Part shown: one piece after another, positions 1-9,134 of the stretch
Position numbering within the stretch: the first letter of the stretch is position 1
How the letters are laid out: each line of letters opens with the position of its first letter
DNA from: an uncultured Alphaproteobacteria bacterium
GTDB lineage: Bacteria > Pseudomonadota > Alphaproteobacteria > Acetobacterales > Acetobacteraceae
Direction of reading: 5' to 3'
DNA: 64,000 nt
Assembly (NCBI GenBank): GCA_963790515.1
Contig: CAWBPF010000005.1
Span: 119,916 to 183,915 of the forward strand
Position numbers and translations under genes: made by a program
The notes under the pieces: generated by a model
Told to the model about the DNA's origin: nothing
Database searches by the model: none
What the model saw: only the letters and a program-made list of their open reading frames with translations

Positions 1-1160
1 ATGCGCGACCCGGAACGAAGCTGCAATGACAGGCTGGGTTGCACGGTGTGGCAGCCCGGCATGTCGGCGATATAGGCAACGAAACCTTGCTTCGCGTCCG
101 CGCCTCGATGTGCCGCCAACGCAAACCGCTTTTCGATATCGGGTCGGCGCAGGCGCGCGACGCTGTCGGCGGTCAAGGTGATGCGGCCGGCGTCGGTCGT
201 CAGACCAAGCTCGTCGATCATGCCTAGCGGGTCACGCAACCACCCGGCAATGAACATGCCGCCGTCGCTGTCCGGGATCGCAAGCTCGACCTCGCCACCA
301 ATGGGCTGCGACGGATCGTCCAGTTTCCGAGCGGGGGATGGGAAGAGCAGGTCCATTTCGCGCAGCAACTGCGTCACTGCGGCCGACCGGTTGCCGCGTC
401 CCAAGGCCTGGCGGCATGCCGCACGTGCCTGCGCGCCGGGAACCCGACCCTTCTCCGGCAGCGAAAGGACATGCGGCGCGTATCCCGCGTCATCCACCGC
501 CCAGACCGCAGGATCCGGACCGGAGGCCACGATCAGGTCACCCGACCTGACCCGGGGAACGATTTGCAACATCCCGGCTTCCAGCACTGGCGTCGTGCTG
601 TGTGTGATCCCCCCGCTCCCGATCACCGACAGCATCGACCCGCGCGGGACGTCCATTCCGTTCAGTAGCACGCGCCCGGGAAGCACCTGCGCCTCAACCG
701 TCGCCACACCCGCATTGCGCGCGCAGTCAAGCGCCAGCCGCATGCATATCTGGGCGAACGCCGGGGATTGCCGGAGACGAAACGCCGCGCAACAGAAATT
801 CAGCAGAAACTCAAGCAGGCGCCACCGCGCCGCTGCATCGAGGTCCGCGGCTATGGCAAGCGGGTCGGTGCCCAGTTCGGCCAGATACAGCGGCAGGTGC
901 TCGCCTTGGCCACTTTCGATAAGTAATGGGATGTCGTTGCCCTGGTCGGCCGGCAGCCGCACCGCCCCGATCTGCAGCAACTGAGGTTCCGTTTTAATCG
1001 TTACTATACCGTGGGGCGCGGGCAACGCCCGTCCACGGAAGGAAATGCCGATGCCGGCCCCACTTCGGTTTGGACCGGACATGGCGATCAGCGCAACCCC
1101 GGGGGCAAGTATGACACCTCGGGGCGGGGCGGCACCGGTCGCGATCACTCGGAGCATCAT
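1..1160 (-). CDS. N-terminal part of a probable glycosyltransferase family 2-associated protein (runs off the window edge)
   Basis: Not in the ORF track. Manual minus-strand translation from ATG at 1160 (MMLRVIATGAAPPRGVILAPG...) stays open to base 1 and includes GGMFIAGWLRDPLG...GFVAYI, which resembles N-terminal regions of alphaproteobacterial GT2 proteins. The catalytic domain is not visible. Confidence 0.55.
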   Translation of the reverse strand, partial: MMLRVIATGAAPPRGVILAPGVALIAMSGPNRSGAGIGISFRGRALPAPHGIVTIKTEPQLLQIGAVRLPADQGNDIPLLIESGQGEHLPLYLAELGTDPLAIAADLDAAARWRLLEFLLNFCCAAFRLRQSPAFAQICMRLALDCARNAGVATVEAQVLPGRVLLNGMDVPRGSMLSVIGSGGITHSTTPVLEAGMLQIVPRVRSGDLIVASGPDPAVWAVDDAGYAPHVLSLPEKGRVPGAQARAACRQALGRGNRSAAVTQLLREMDLLFPSPARKLDDPSQPIGGEVELAIPDSDGGMFIAGWLRDPLGMIDELGLTTDAGRITLTADSVARLRRPDIEKRFALAAHRGADAKQGFVAYIADMPGCHTVQPSLSLQLRSGSR

Positions 1161-1235
1161 GTTGCGGAATATCCTGAACCCGGCCGATGTAAAACCGCCG
1201 CCCGTCCTGTCAGGGATGGGCGGCGGATGCTTAAA

Positions 1236-1934
1236 TCAATGGACGTGGAAGTAGCCTGATGGATTATTCTGGATATCTTCAGCCCTAATATTCAACAGTG
1301 TAATAGTCTCATGTCCAAGCGTAATAACTGCGTTCCCGTTGTCATCGGAAACATGGGCAACCAGATCCTGCGGCGTCGCGATGTGCAGGCCGTTGATGTT
1401 CTTCGCGATCGAGAGACTGTCACCGTCGTGGAAATCAACCACCACGTTCTTGCCGCCGCCGTTGCCAAATACAAACGTGTTGTCACCAACCCCGCCGATC
1501 ATCGTGTCGTCGCCATGACCTGCGTAAAGTGTGTTGTTGCCGTCACCGCCCGACAGAAACTCGGTGCCCGATCCGGCATGGATCGCATCGTTGCCGGAGC
1601 CGCCCAGCAGCAGGTCGCCACCTTGGCCGCCGTAAATGACGTTGTCGCCCGACCCGCCATGCACGATGTTGTCCTGGCCGCCGACACTGATGATGTCGGA
1701 GCCGGATCCGCCTTCGATGAAATTGTGACCATTGTAAGCGAAGATGACATCCTGCCCCGAACCGGCATGGACTTCAGTATTACCGCCCATCGAGTAGATC
1801 AGGTCATTGCCCTGGTCCGAATAAACCGTGTCATGGGCAAAATGCAGAAACATGTCGTCGCCAAATCCAGAGCTGTGGATCACCTCAGCGGCGTGAGTGT
1901 CTACAGTATAGGCGCTACCTGGGATTGTTGCCAT
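1236..1934 (-). CDS. Small RTX/hemolysin-type calcium-binding secreted protein
   Basis: Many GGxGxDxUx nonapeptides (GGSGSDII, GGSGDNVI, GGQGGDLL, GGSGNDAI, GGDGNNTL); C-terminal DTMIGGVGDNTFVF...VVDF typical of T1SS substrates. Confidence 0.9.
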   Translation of the reverse strand: MATIPGSAYTVDTHAAEVIHSSGFGDDMFLHFAHDTVYSDQGNDLIYSMGGNTEVHAGSGQDVIFAYNGHNFIEGGSGSDIISVGGQDNIVHGGSGDNVIYGGQGGDLLLGGSGNDAIHAGSGTEFLSGGDGNNTLYAGHGDDTMIGGVGDNTFVFGNGGGKNVVVDFHDGDSLSIAKNINGLHIATPQDLVAHVSDDNGNAVITLGHETITLLNIRAEDIQNNPSGYFHVH

Positions 1935-2806
1935 AACGAACTCTCCATAAATAAAATTATATCTGACGAGGTCTTGCGTTAACCGATAATATCGCTTCTG
2001 ATCTGCTGGAATTCGACCGCGTACCGCGGTATCTACAATACTCGATATTTCGTCCGGTAAGTCTCTCTGCTGTTCAACGCACGCACCTTGCTTCTGTCAG
2101 GACTGGCAACGTTCTTTATTTATTTATACATTTATTGGTCTTGTATCGGCCAGTACATCTGTCCAGCCGGGACAATAATGGTATTTGCCAGCATGGAACT
2201 GGAAGTCCGAAACAGTCGATCATCCAGTATCCTTCTCTTCGACACGAAGCTCTTGTGAGCACGTGATTGTGAGTACCGTCTGCGGCTCGCCAGAGCAAGC
2301 AATCTAACATATTTTTTAATTTCGATGTGTTTCCGCAATCATCGTGACAGTTCAACGTCCGAGTTCGGTGATGATGTCGATCTGATATCTATCTCGATAT
2401 GAACAAAAAGTCGTCCTTTTGCTGCGGTTTGCCTAAAAAAAGAACCAAGACCAGATATTGCATCCAAGCACCTTTGCCGGGTGACACAGAGTGAAACGTG
2501 CCCCCACCGTGCACCCCGTCGCGACCAAATGAGGCGCTGGGCATGGGCGGCCGGGCGCGCGACCAACGGTCCGCGGTGCCGGGCGCGGCGACGGCCCAAT
2601 GCGCCGCCCGAAGCACCCGGCAGGCTCCCCAATCCCCATCCATGGTCGGACCCATCCGGCAGGATCGTATCCCGCAGAATGGGCCGTCGTCGGTCAAGCA
2701 ACTCCGCATAGCCCGAGTGGCCCGATGCCGACACAGGGTTCCCAAGCGACAGGTGAATCCGCCCACCAAATCAATGGCTAGCAACAATCCTTCGCAATAC
2801 GGTCCG

Positions 2807-3709
2807 TCAAATCGCGTCCACCAGCGCCGTCCTCAGACGCGCCCCCGCGAAATCGAGAAAGGCCCGCAGTTTGACCGGCAGCAACGGTTGCCCGGAATAA
2901 AGGAAGCTCACCGGCAGCGGAGCAGGCTCGAACGAACGCAAAAGCAGGGTCAGCGCACCAGACCGCACCGCGTTCGCAACCTGATAAGATAGGACCCGTG
3001 TTACACCGGCCGAGGCCAACGCCGCATCAATCGCCGCCTCGGCGGTGTTGACGACAAATCGCGCCGAAATTGATACCGCCATCGCCTGCTGGCCGACAGC
3101 AAAGGTCCAGGCTTGCGGCGAATAGAACCCGTCGAACCTGATACAGTCATGTGCCTCCAGATCCTCAGGTTGCAACGGAAGGCCACGCGAGGCCAGGTAG
3201 TCCGGACTGGCACAGGTCACCCAGCGGACCGACCCCAATCGCATGGCGATCAGGCTGCTGTCGGGCAAATCACCGATCCGGACCGCCAGATCGATATGGT
3301 CATCAATCAGATTGACAAAGCGATCGGCAAGCACCAGCCGCACGTCAACACCCGGGTAGGCTTTGAGGAAATCCAGCACAACCGGTTGGACATGCAACCG
3401 GCCGAACACGATCGGTGCGGTGATCGTCAGACCGCCCTGTGGGGCGCGATATTCACCCGCAGCGGTTCGTTCGGCTTCGCGGAGGTCTTCCAGGATGCGT
3501 CGGCACGCCGCCACATAGGCACGCCCCGCCTCGGTAAGCGACAGGCGCCGGCTCGTACGCAACACAAGCCGCGTCCCCAAATGCTCCTCAAGCTCGGACA
3601 CCTTCCGGCTAACTGTGGCAAGCGGCATGCCAAGTGCCCGTGATGCAGCCGACAGACTGCCCCCGTCCACCGCCGCAAGCAGTGTCTCCATTGACTCCAG
3701 ACGATCCAT
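2807..3709 (-). CDS. LysR-family transcriptional regulator (CrgA-like)
   Basis: GSLSAASRALGMPLATVSRKVSELEEHLGTRL HTH; NLIDDHIDLAVRIG substrate domain; KLRAFLDF C-terminus. Confidence 0.95.
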   Translation of the reverse strand: MDRLESMETLLAAVDGGSLSAASRALGMPLATVSRKVSELEEHLGTRLVLRTSRRLSLTEAGRAYVAACRRILEDLREAERTAAGEYRAPQGGLTITAPIVFGRLHVQPVVLDFLKAYPGVDVRLVLADRFVNLIDDHIDLAVRIGDLPDSSLIAMRLGSVRWVTCASPDYLASRGLPLQPEDLEAHDCIRFDGFYSPQAWTFAVGQQAMAVSISARFVVNTAEAAIDAALASAGVTRVLSYQVANAVRSGALTLLLRSFEPAPLPVSFLYSGQPLLPVKLRAFLDFAGARLRTALVDAI

Positions 3710-4243
3710 CTAAAATTCCGAAAAATGGTAGGATCACACCGAAACTACTGAATATCGTGTCAAAATGGAAGTCGTCCGCCCGTTTCTGACCCCCGCCCCT
3801 CGTCCTCCCTCGCATGGAAAGCATGGCTGAAAGCGCGACAGACCAGCCGCCAACACCTCCTGCCCCAGCCCGGAAGGCTCCACGATACTCAAGGGCTGCC
3901 TACGCTTACCCACTCGTCCACAACGAAAAGCCGCTGACATCATCCCTGTCGCCCGATCCCGCCGCTTGTTTCCCAAGCGTCGGGTCAATCAGTCCACCAA
4001 AACAACGGCTGGTAACAGAACCTTACGGCACCGTCAGCCAGATCATATTCACCAGGGGATTCAAGACAGAATTTGGCCGGGCTATCGCCACCAAGCCGAT
4101 CATCGTCGCAGCGGATACCAATCGCGCGCGCGCCGTGAACCTGGGATGACCCACATGTCCGCTAGCCTGAGGCGTCCGCTGCAGGAACAGTGCAATCTCG
4201 AACCACACTTGAACCGTCGCCAGGCACTTAGCCCTTGGCGTGC

Positions 4244-4894
4244 CTATACCTGATCGCCCGACAGGCTGAAGCCCAGTTCGATGGCCGTGCCGCCGCGATA
4301 AGGCCGTGCATGGTCGCACAGCGCTTCCAGGATCAGAAGACCGCGGCCGCTGCCGAGATTGACCACTGCCGTCGTTTCGCCAGAACCAGCCCCGGTGCTT
4401 CGCTTGTATCCCCGACCGCTGTCCCTGACGACAACCCGAAGCATCGTCTTCGTCCAGCGCGCCTCAACCACAATCAGCCTGTGGGACGCCTCGGACGACG
4501 CAAGCCGCGCTTCGATCATCTCGTGCCACGCCACCAACCCCTGCACACTGTCCCGGAGCCCTGAACCAAGCTCCAGATTCCCATGCAGCGTGGCGTTCAT
4601 CAGCGCCTCCTGCAGCGCAGTAACGACACGCTCGCGAAGCTCTTGCGAAAAATCCAGTCGCGCCTCAACGGCGGCCGTGAACGCCCTCGCAACTGGATAT
4701 CGATAGGCTGAACACGTCGTGATCGTCAGCCTGATACGCCGGTCGGAGTGTCGACGCGGTGCGCGCCAAACGTCACGCGCCGCCGGGTGCTCTTCAACGC
4801 AGTCAGTGACCGGCCGAATCAGTGCGTGCGCCAAAGATTGTCTCCGAGGCACCATCCCAGAAGGCAAGCGTCGGGTTGGGGCCGGGGCGGGCAT
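4244..4894 (-). CDS. Anti-sigma factor-type Ser/Thr kinase (HATPase_c_2, RsbW-like)
   Basis: N-box LQEALMNATLHGNL, G1 VRDSGRG, G2 SGRGLLIL; no HisKA domain; adjacent to a STAS protein. Confidence 0.8.
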   Translation of the reverse strand: MPAPAPTRRLPSGMVPRRQSLAHALIRPVTDCVEEHPAARDVWRAPRRHSDRRIRLTITTCSAYRYPVARAFTAAVEARLDFSQELRERVVTALQEALMNATLHGNLELGSGLRDSVQGLVAWHEMIEARLASSEASHRLIVVEARWTKTMLRVVVRDSGRGYKRSTGAGSGETTAVVNLGSGRGLLILEALCDHARPYRGGTAIELGFSLSGDQV

Positions 4895-4923
4895 CTTGCA
4901 TGTGCACGGCCGCTGCGATGTCG

Positions 4924-5223
4924 TTACGACTGGACGGTGAACAGCGTGTCGAATTTGGTGACCGCGAACATCCGCTTCACCTGCCCTTGCGGCTTCCGCA
5001 ACAGCAGGTTCCGGCTCACCTTTCCAGCCTCATCCTTCGCGATCAGCAACATCCCAAGACCCGCCGAGTCAATAAACTCCAATTGTGACGAGTCAATCAC
5101 GATTTGCGGACCCTTCGATCCCACCAAACGGTTAACCAGGTCCAGAAAGGCCGTGTGATCGGTGAACGTGAACTCGCCGCTGATGGAAACAGTCGCGCCA
5201 TCGCCGTTGAATTCAAACCGCAT
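4924..5223 (-). CDS. STAS-domain anti-sigma factor antagonist
   Basis: From ATG 5223 (MRFEFNGDG) after AGGAG; IDSSQLEFIDSAGLGMLL contains the phosphorylatable Ser motif. Confidence 0.9.
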   Translation of the reverse strand: MRFEFNGDGATVSISGEFTFTDHTAFLDLVNRLVGSKGPQIVIDSSQLEFIDSAGLGMLLIAKDEAGKVSRNLLLRKPQGQVKRMFAVTKFDTLFTVQS

Positions 5224-5233
5224 CGTTGTTCTC

Positions 5234-6377
5234 CTAAAAAAGCTCGATTGACCCGGTCGACGACGGCCCACCTTGATCCGGCGCGACATCAATCCCGTCC
5301 AACGGAGTGCCATCGAGTATTTGTGCGACAAAGCGCTCCCGCATCTCGCTCATGGTATACCGCGCAAGCAGGTTCTTCACCCAACCCGTATCCGGATCGG
5401 CGACATCCAAAAGTTCGGGCACTGCGGCCGTCGTGCTTTGCTTGATCTGCTCAAGCGCCTGGTCGATCACCTGCAGTGTATCCACGACATGTTCCAGCCG
5501 CTGTCGCGCTCTGTCCTGAAACTGCAGCCCGGTAACCATCGCATCCACGTCGGCCGAAATTTCCGCCGCCTCCGTCACCGCGTCACCAACAATGACCTCC
5601 AAATGGCCGTTGCGCTTGACCAATGCCCTCAGAAGGACTTCAAGTCGGTCCTTGACCAGCAGATTGTCAGTCATATCAACAGTCGCAATCCGCTGGAGGG
5701 TGGAATGGCCGTTCCTGATCCCGTCCGTGATCGCCCTGATTTCCCGATTCATCGTGGCCGCGAGTTCTTGCGTAACTTTGGAAAGATCACGGACCTCGTT
5801 GGCGACAATCCGAAACGCCGCACCTGCGCTTCCGGCGCGCTCCGCTTCGATACGCGCGTTCAGCGCAAGCATCTTTGTGGTGCCATTGACGCTGTCGATC
5901 TGGTCAATACACCGCTCGATGCTCTGCACATTCGCATCGAGTACGCTCAGCGCGTACACCATCGACATGAGAATCTTTCGCCAGAAGAAGAATCTTCCCG
6001 ACAACTTCCCCAAGCGTGCCCTCGAATAGTGCGGTGACTTCGTCGATCCGAACGTTCTTCCCCTCGACTTCGATACCCATCGCCAGACTGGTCAGGCTTT
6101 CAACCCGAGCCGACTGCCGCTGCGCACTCAAAGCCAGGCGCTGAAACCGCTGGCTAAGCGCATCGGCTTCAGTCTCGACGAAGCCCGAGGTGCGCCCGAT
6201 CTCTCCCGCCAGAGCCTGGATAACCCGTTGTTGCATGACAGCGAGCGACATCCAACCCTGTAACAGTTCCGTATGTGACGTCTGCGGAACAGCATCCGCT
6301 GTCGGCCGCTCCGGCGCCGTCAACACGCTGACCGGCGGCGCTGCCGTTTTGGCGGGCTTTCTGCTCAGTCCAAACAT
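5234..6377 (-). CDS. Cytoplasmic McpA-like chemoreceptor with one apparent frameshift near 5970
   Basis: MFGLSRKP...GEVVGKILLLAKDS joins MSMVYAL...TKMLALNARIEAERAGSAGAAFRIVANEVRDLS...LQFQDRARQRLEHV...GSIELF in another frame. Confidence 0.8.
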
Positions 6378-6378
6378 G

Positions 6379-7440
6379 TCACACCCGGATGCCGCGTTTT
6401 TCTGTTGTCTTGCAATGATGCAGGACCTGCTCGGGGATTTTTCCGATCGGCAACTCCATTTCGGTGGCGCCGCAGTCATGCGCGGCTTTCGGCATCCCGT
6501 AGATCACGCAGGACGCCTCATCCTGACCGAACGTCGAAGCGCCCGCTCGACGCATCTCCAGCAACCCAGCCGCGCCATCCTTGCCCATGCCGGTGAGGAT
6601 AACGCCCACCGCATTGGCGCCCGCCGCACGCGCGACCGAACGGAACAAGACATCGACCGACGGCCGGTGTCCCGACACCGAGGGCTCGTCATGCAACCGG
6701 CAGATATAGTTCGCCCCGGAACGAGCCAGTTCCAGGTGATGCGCACCGGGCGCAATGTAGACGTGGCCGGGCAGTACACGCTCGCCATCCACCGCCTGCG
6801 TCACCGAGACCGCACACCGCTGGTCGAGCCGGCTGGCAAACCCCATCGTGAACATCGGTGGCATGTGCTGGGTCACAAGGATCGCCGGCGCATTTGCCGG
6901 AAACGCCGTCAGCAGCGTATGCAGCGCCTCGACCCCACCGGTCGATGCGCCGACCGCGATTATCTTTTCGGACGAGCTGTACCCGGTTGGCGCCGTCACC
7001 CGGGCCACCGTCCCCTGATCCCCGGGCAACGCCCGAACCCGCGCGCGCGCCGCCGCCTTGACCTTCAGGATGATCTCATCCCGCAGAGCCATGAAGCCTT
7101 GTGTCAGCCCGATCATCGGCTTGGCTACATAATCGACCGCGCCAAGCTCCAGCGCCCGTAGTGCCGTGTCGGCGCCCTTCTGGGTCAGTGACGAGATCAT
7201 CACGACCGGCATCGGGCGCAAGCTCATGATCTTTTCGAGAAATGCCAGGCCGTCCATGCGCGGCATCTCGATATCCAGCGTCAGGACATCGGGATTCAGG
7301 GACTTGATCATATCCCTGGCAACAATAGGATCGGGCGCCGCACCGACAACCGTAATCGCGGGATCCGACGCCAGAAGCTGACCCAGCATTTGCCGGACCA
7401 GTGCGGAATCGTCAACGATGAGCACACGGATTTGAGGCAT
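6379..7440 (-). CDS. cheB: Chemotaxis methylesterase CheB
   Basis: REC domain (VDDS, LDIEMP) plus GASTGG, QHMP and LTGMGKDGA catalytic motifs. Confidence 0.97.
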   Translation of the reverse strand: MPQIRVLIVDDSALVRQMLGQLLASDPAITVVGAAPDPIVARDMIKSLNPDVLTLDIEMPRMDGLAFLEKIMSLRPMPVVMISSLTQKGADTALRALELGAVDYVAKPMIGLTQGFMALRDEIILKVKAAARARVRALPGDQGTVARVTAPTGYSSSEKIIAVGASTGGVEALHTLLTAFPANAPAILVTQHMPPMFTMGFASRLDQRCAVSVTQAVDGERVLPGHVYIAPGAHHLELARSGANYICRLHDEPSVSGHRPSVDVLFRSVARAAGANAVGVILTGMGKDGAAGLLEMRRAGASTFGQDEASCVIYGMPKAAHDCGATEMELPIGKIPEQVLHHCKTTEKRGIRV

Positions 7441-7449
7441 GTAACGCTT

Positions 7450-8097
7450 TCAGAACAGCTCGGCTGAGCCGGCGACGGGTTCGGATTGAAGTTTCGTCTT
7501 GTAAAGGATCTCGCCTTCGATCACCACTTTATCTTCCGCTCCCAGAAGCTCCAGCATCAAGACCTTGCCCGTAGCTGGAAAGAAATGGATCCGGCGAGGA
7601 CGGTGACCGCGTAAATGTGCGGCGGTGACCGGCAGGTTTTCATCTGAAAGATATTTCTCGACGAAATCAGCGTTGCGATGACCGATGTTGCTGTTGCCCC
7701 GCATCACGTTCCCGCCGCCGAACACCTTGATCTCCAGACGGTTGCGGGAGCCGCCGCGTGCCAGGATGTCGTTGATCAGCCGCTCCATCGCCACATTGCC
7801 GTAACGCATGCTCGATGACGTGGTGTCCCACTCGGTGCCGCCTGACTCCGGCAGCATGAAGTGGTTCATCCCCCCGACACCGGTCATTACGTCGCGAATG
7901 CAAGCGGACACGCAGGAACCAAGAACGGTCACCAGCATTTCGTCGGGGTCGGCAGTGACGTAATGTTCACCGGGGAACACCTTGACCGCCATGGCGTCAA
8001 AGCGCGGATCACGGTATCGATGCGCCGCCGTGCCGGAGTTAGCCGGATCAGGACTTGTCCTTACCCGTCCCTCGCGAACCGAGCCAACCAAGGTCAT
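7450..8097 (-). CDS. cheD: Chemoreceptor glutamine deamidase CheD
   Basis: TVLGSCVSAC, GGMNHFMLP, KVFGGG motifs. Confidence 0.95.
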   Translation of the reverse strand: MTLVGSVREGRVRTSPDPANSGTAAHRYRDPRFDAMAVKVFPGEHYVTADPDEMLVTVLGSCVSACIRDVMTGVGGMNHFMLPESGGTEWDTTSSSMRYGNVAMERLINDILARGGSRNRLEIKVFGGGNVMRGNSNIGHRNADFVEKYLSDENLPVTAAHLRGHRPRRIHFFPATGKVLMLELLGAEDKVVIEGEILYKTKLQSEPVAGSAELF

Positions 8098-8921
8098 TTC
8101 GTCCTCCGGTATACCGTGCGGCCGACAAGGTCAAAGCGATCACTGACGTTCTGCAAGGTCTCAGAGTGACCGACGATCAACCAGCCATCGGGCCGCAGCA
8201 TCTCTGCGTACCGATTGAACAGATTGCGTTGCGTCGGTTTGTCGAAATAAATAACGACGTTACGGCAAAAGATCACGTCGAACGGACCGCCCATCGGCCA
8301 ATCTTCCAGCAGGTTGAGCGGCTTGAACGTAATCAGTGAGCGTGGCCCGGTGTTGATTGCGCCCGATCCGTCAGGCTGCACCGTTACATGCCGTTGCCGA
8401 TAGCTCTGCGGTATCGATTGGATTCGTTCGGCGTCATAAAGACCCGCCGCGGCATGGGCGACCACATTGGTATCGAGGTCGGTTGCAAGGATTTTCATGT
8501 CCCAGTCGGACAGTGGAAGCTTGCAATCGCACAATGTCATTGCCAGCGTGTACGGCTCCTCCCCGGTCGAGCACCCGGCGGACCAGAACCTCAGACGGCC
8601 GTTGCGCTCTCGCTTCCCCTTGATGATCTCCGGCAGCACCGTCTTCACCAGGTATTCGAAATGATGTGGTTCGCGAAAGAAGCTCGTATGATTGGTCGTG
8701 ATCGCGTTGATCAACATGCCCCGCTCGGAACTGCCTTCCGGACCGTCGAGCATGCGGCAATATTCGCCGAAATCCGCCAGACCAAGCACACGCAACCGCC
8801 GACCAAGCCGGCCATGAATGAACGCGCGCTTCTTCTCGTCAATGACAATACCGCTTGTCGCCCTGACCAAAGCGGAGATCTTCTGGAAGTCACCGTCGTG
8901 AAGCGCGAACTCGTTTTGCAC
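8094..8921 (-). CDS. cheR: Chemotaxis methyltransferase CheR
   Basis: TTNHTSFFREPHHF, WSAGCSTGEEPY, FDVIFCRNVVIYF, GHSE. Confidence 0.97.
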   Translation of the reverse strand: MQNEFALHDGDFQKISALVRATSGIVIDEKKRAFIHGRLGRRLRVLGLADFGEYCRMLDGPEGSSERGMLINAITTNHTSFFREPHHFEYLVKTVLPEIIKGKRERNGRLRFWSAGCSTGEEPYTLAMTLCDCKLPLSDWDMKILATDLDTNVVAHAAAGLYDAERIQSIPQSYRQRHVTVQPDGSGAINTGPRSLITFKPLNLLEDWPMGGPFDVIFCRNVVIYFDKPTQRNLFNRYAEMLRPDGWLIVGHSETLQNVSDRFDLVGRTVYRRTK

Positions 8922-9134
8922 CGCTGTCTCCCTGCATTGCCTGTCGCCAAGGCCGCCCTGTTGGCCCGAACCGATTGGCAGGCCGGATCACCACCAGCCA
9001 AGGTCCCCACTAGTGTCCTGGTTCCGACATTTGCCCGCTTCAGCAAACGTCGGGACCAGAGCGCCACCTGTTTGTTCAGTCCCTGCCTGTCCCCCTTGTT
9101 CACCGCACGAGGCGATGAACCCGGGAGCAAGAAG

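Noticed and set aside
178-984. 268-aa plus-strand ORF
   Set aside because: Ser/Arg/Pro-rich shadow; the open minus-strand frame from 1160 is the plausible gene.
5960-6010. Programmed frameshift in the McpA-like receptor
   Set aside because: No slippery heptamer, and the window has many apparent indel errors.
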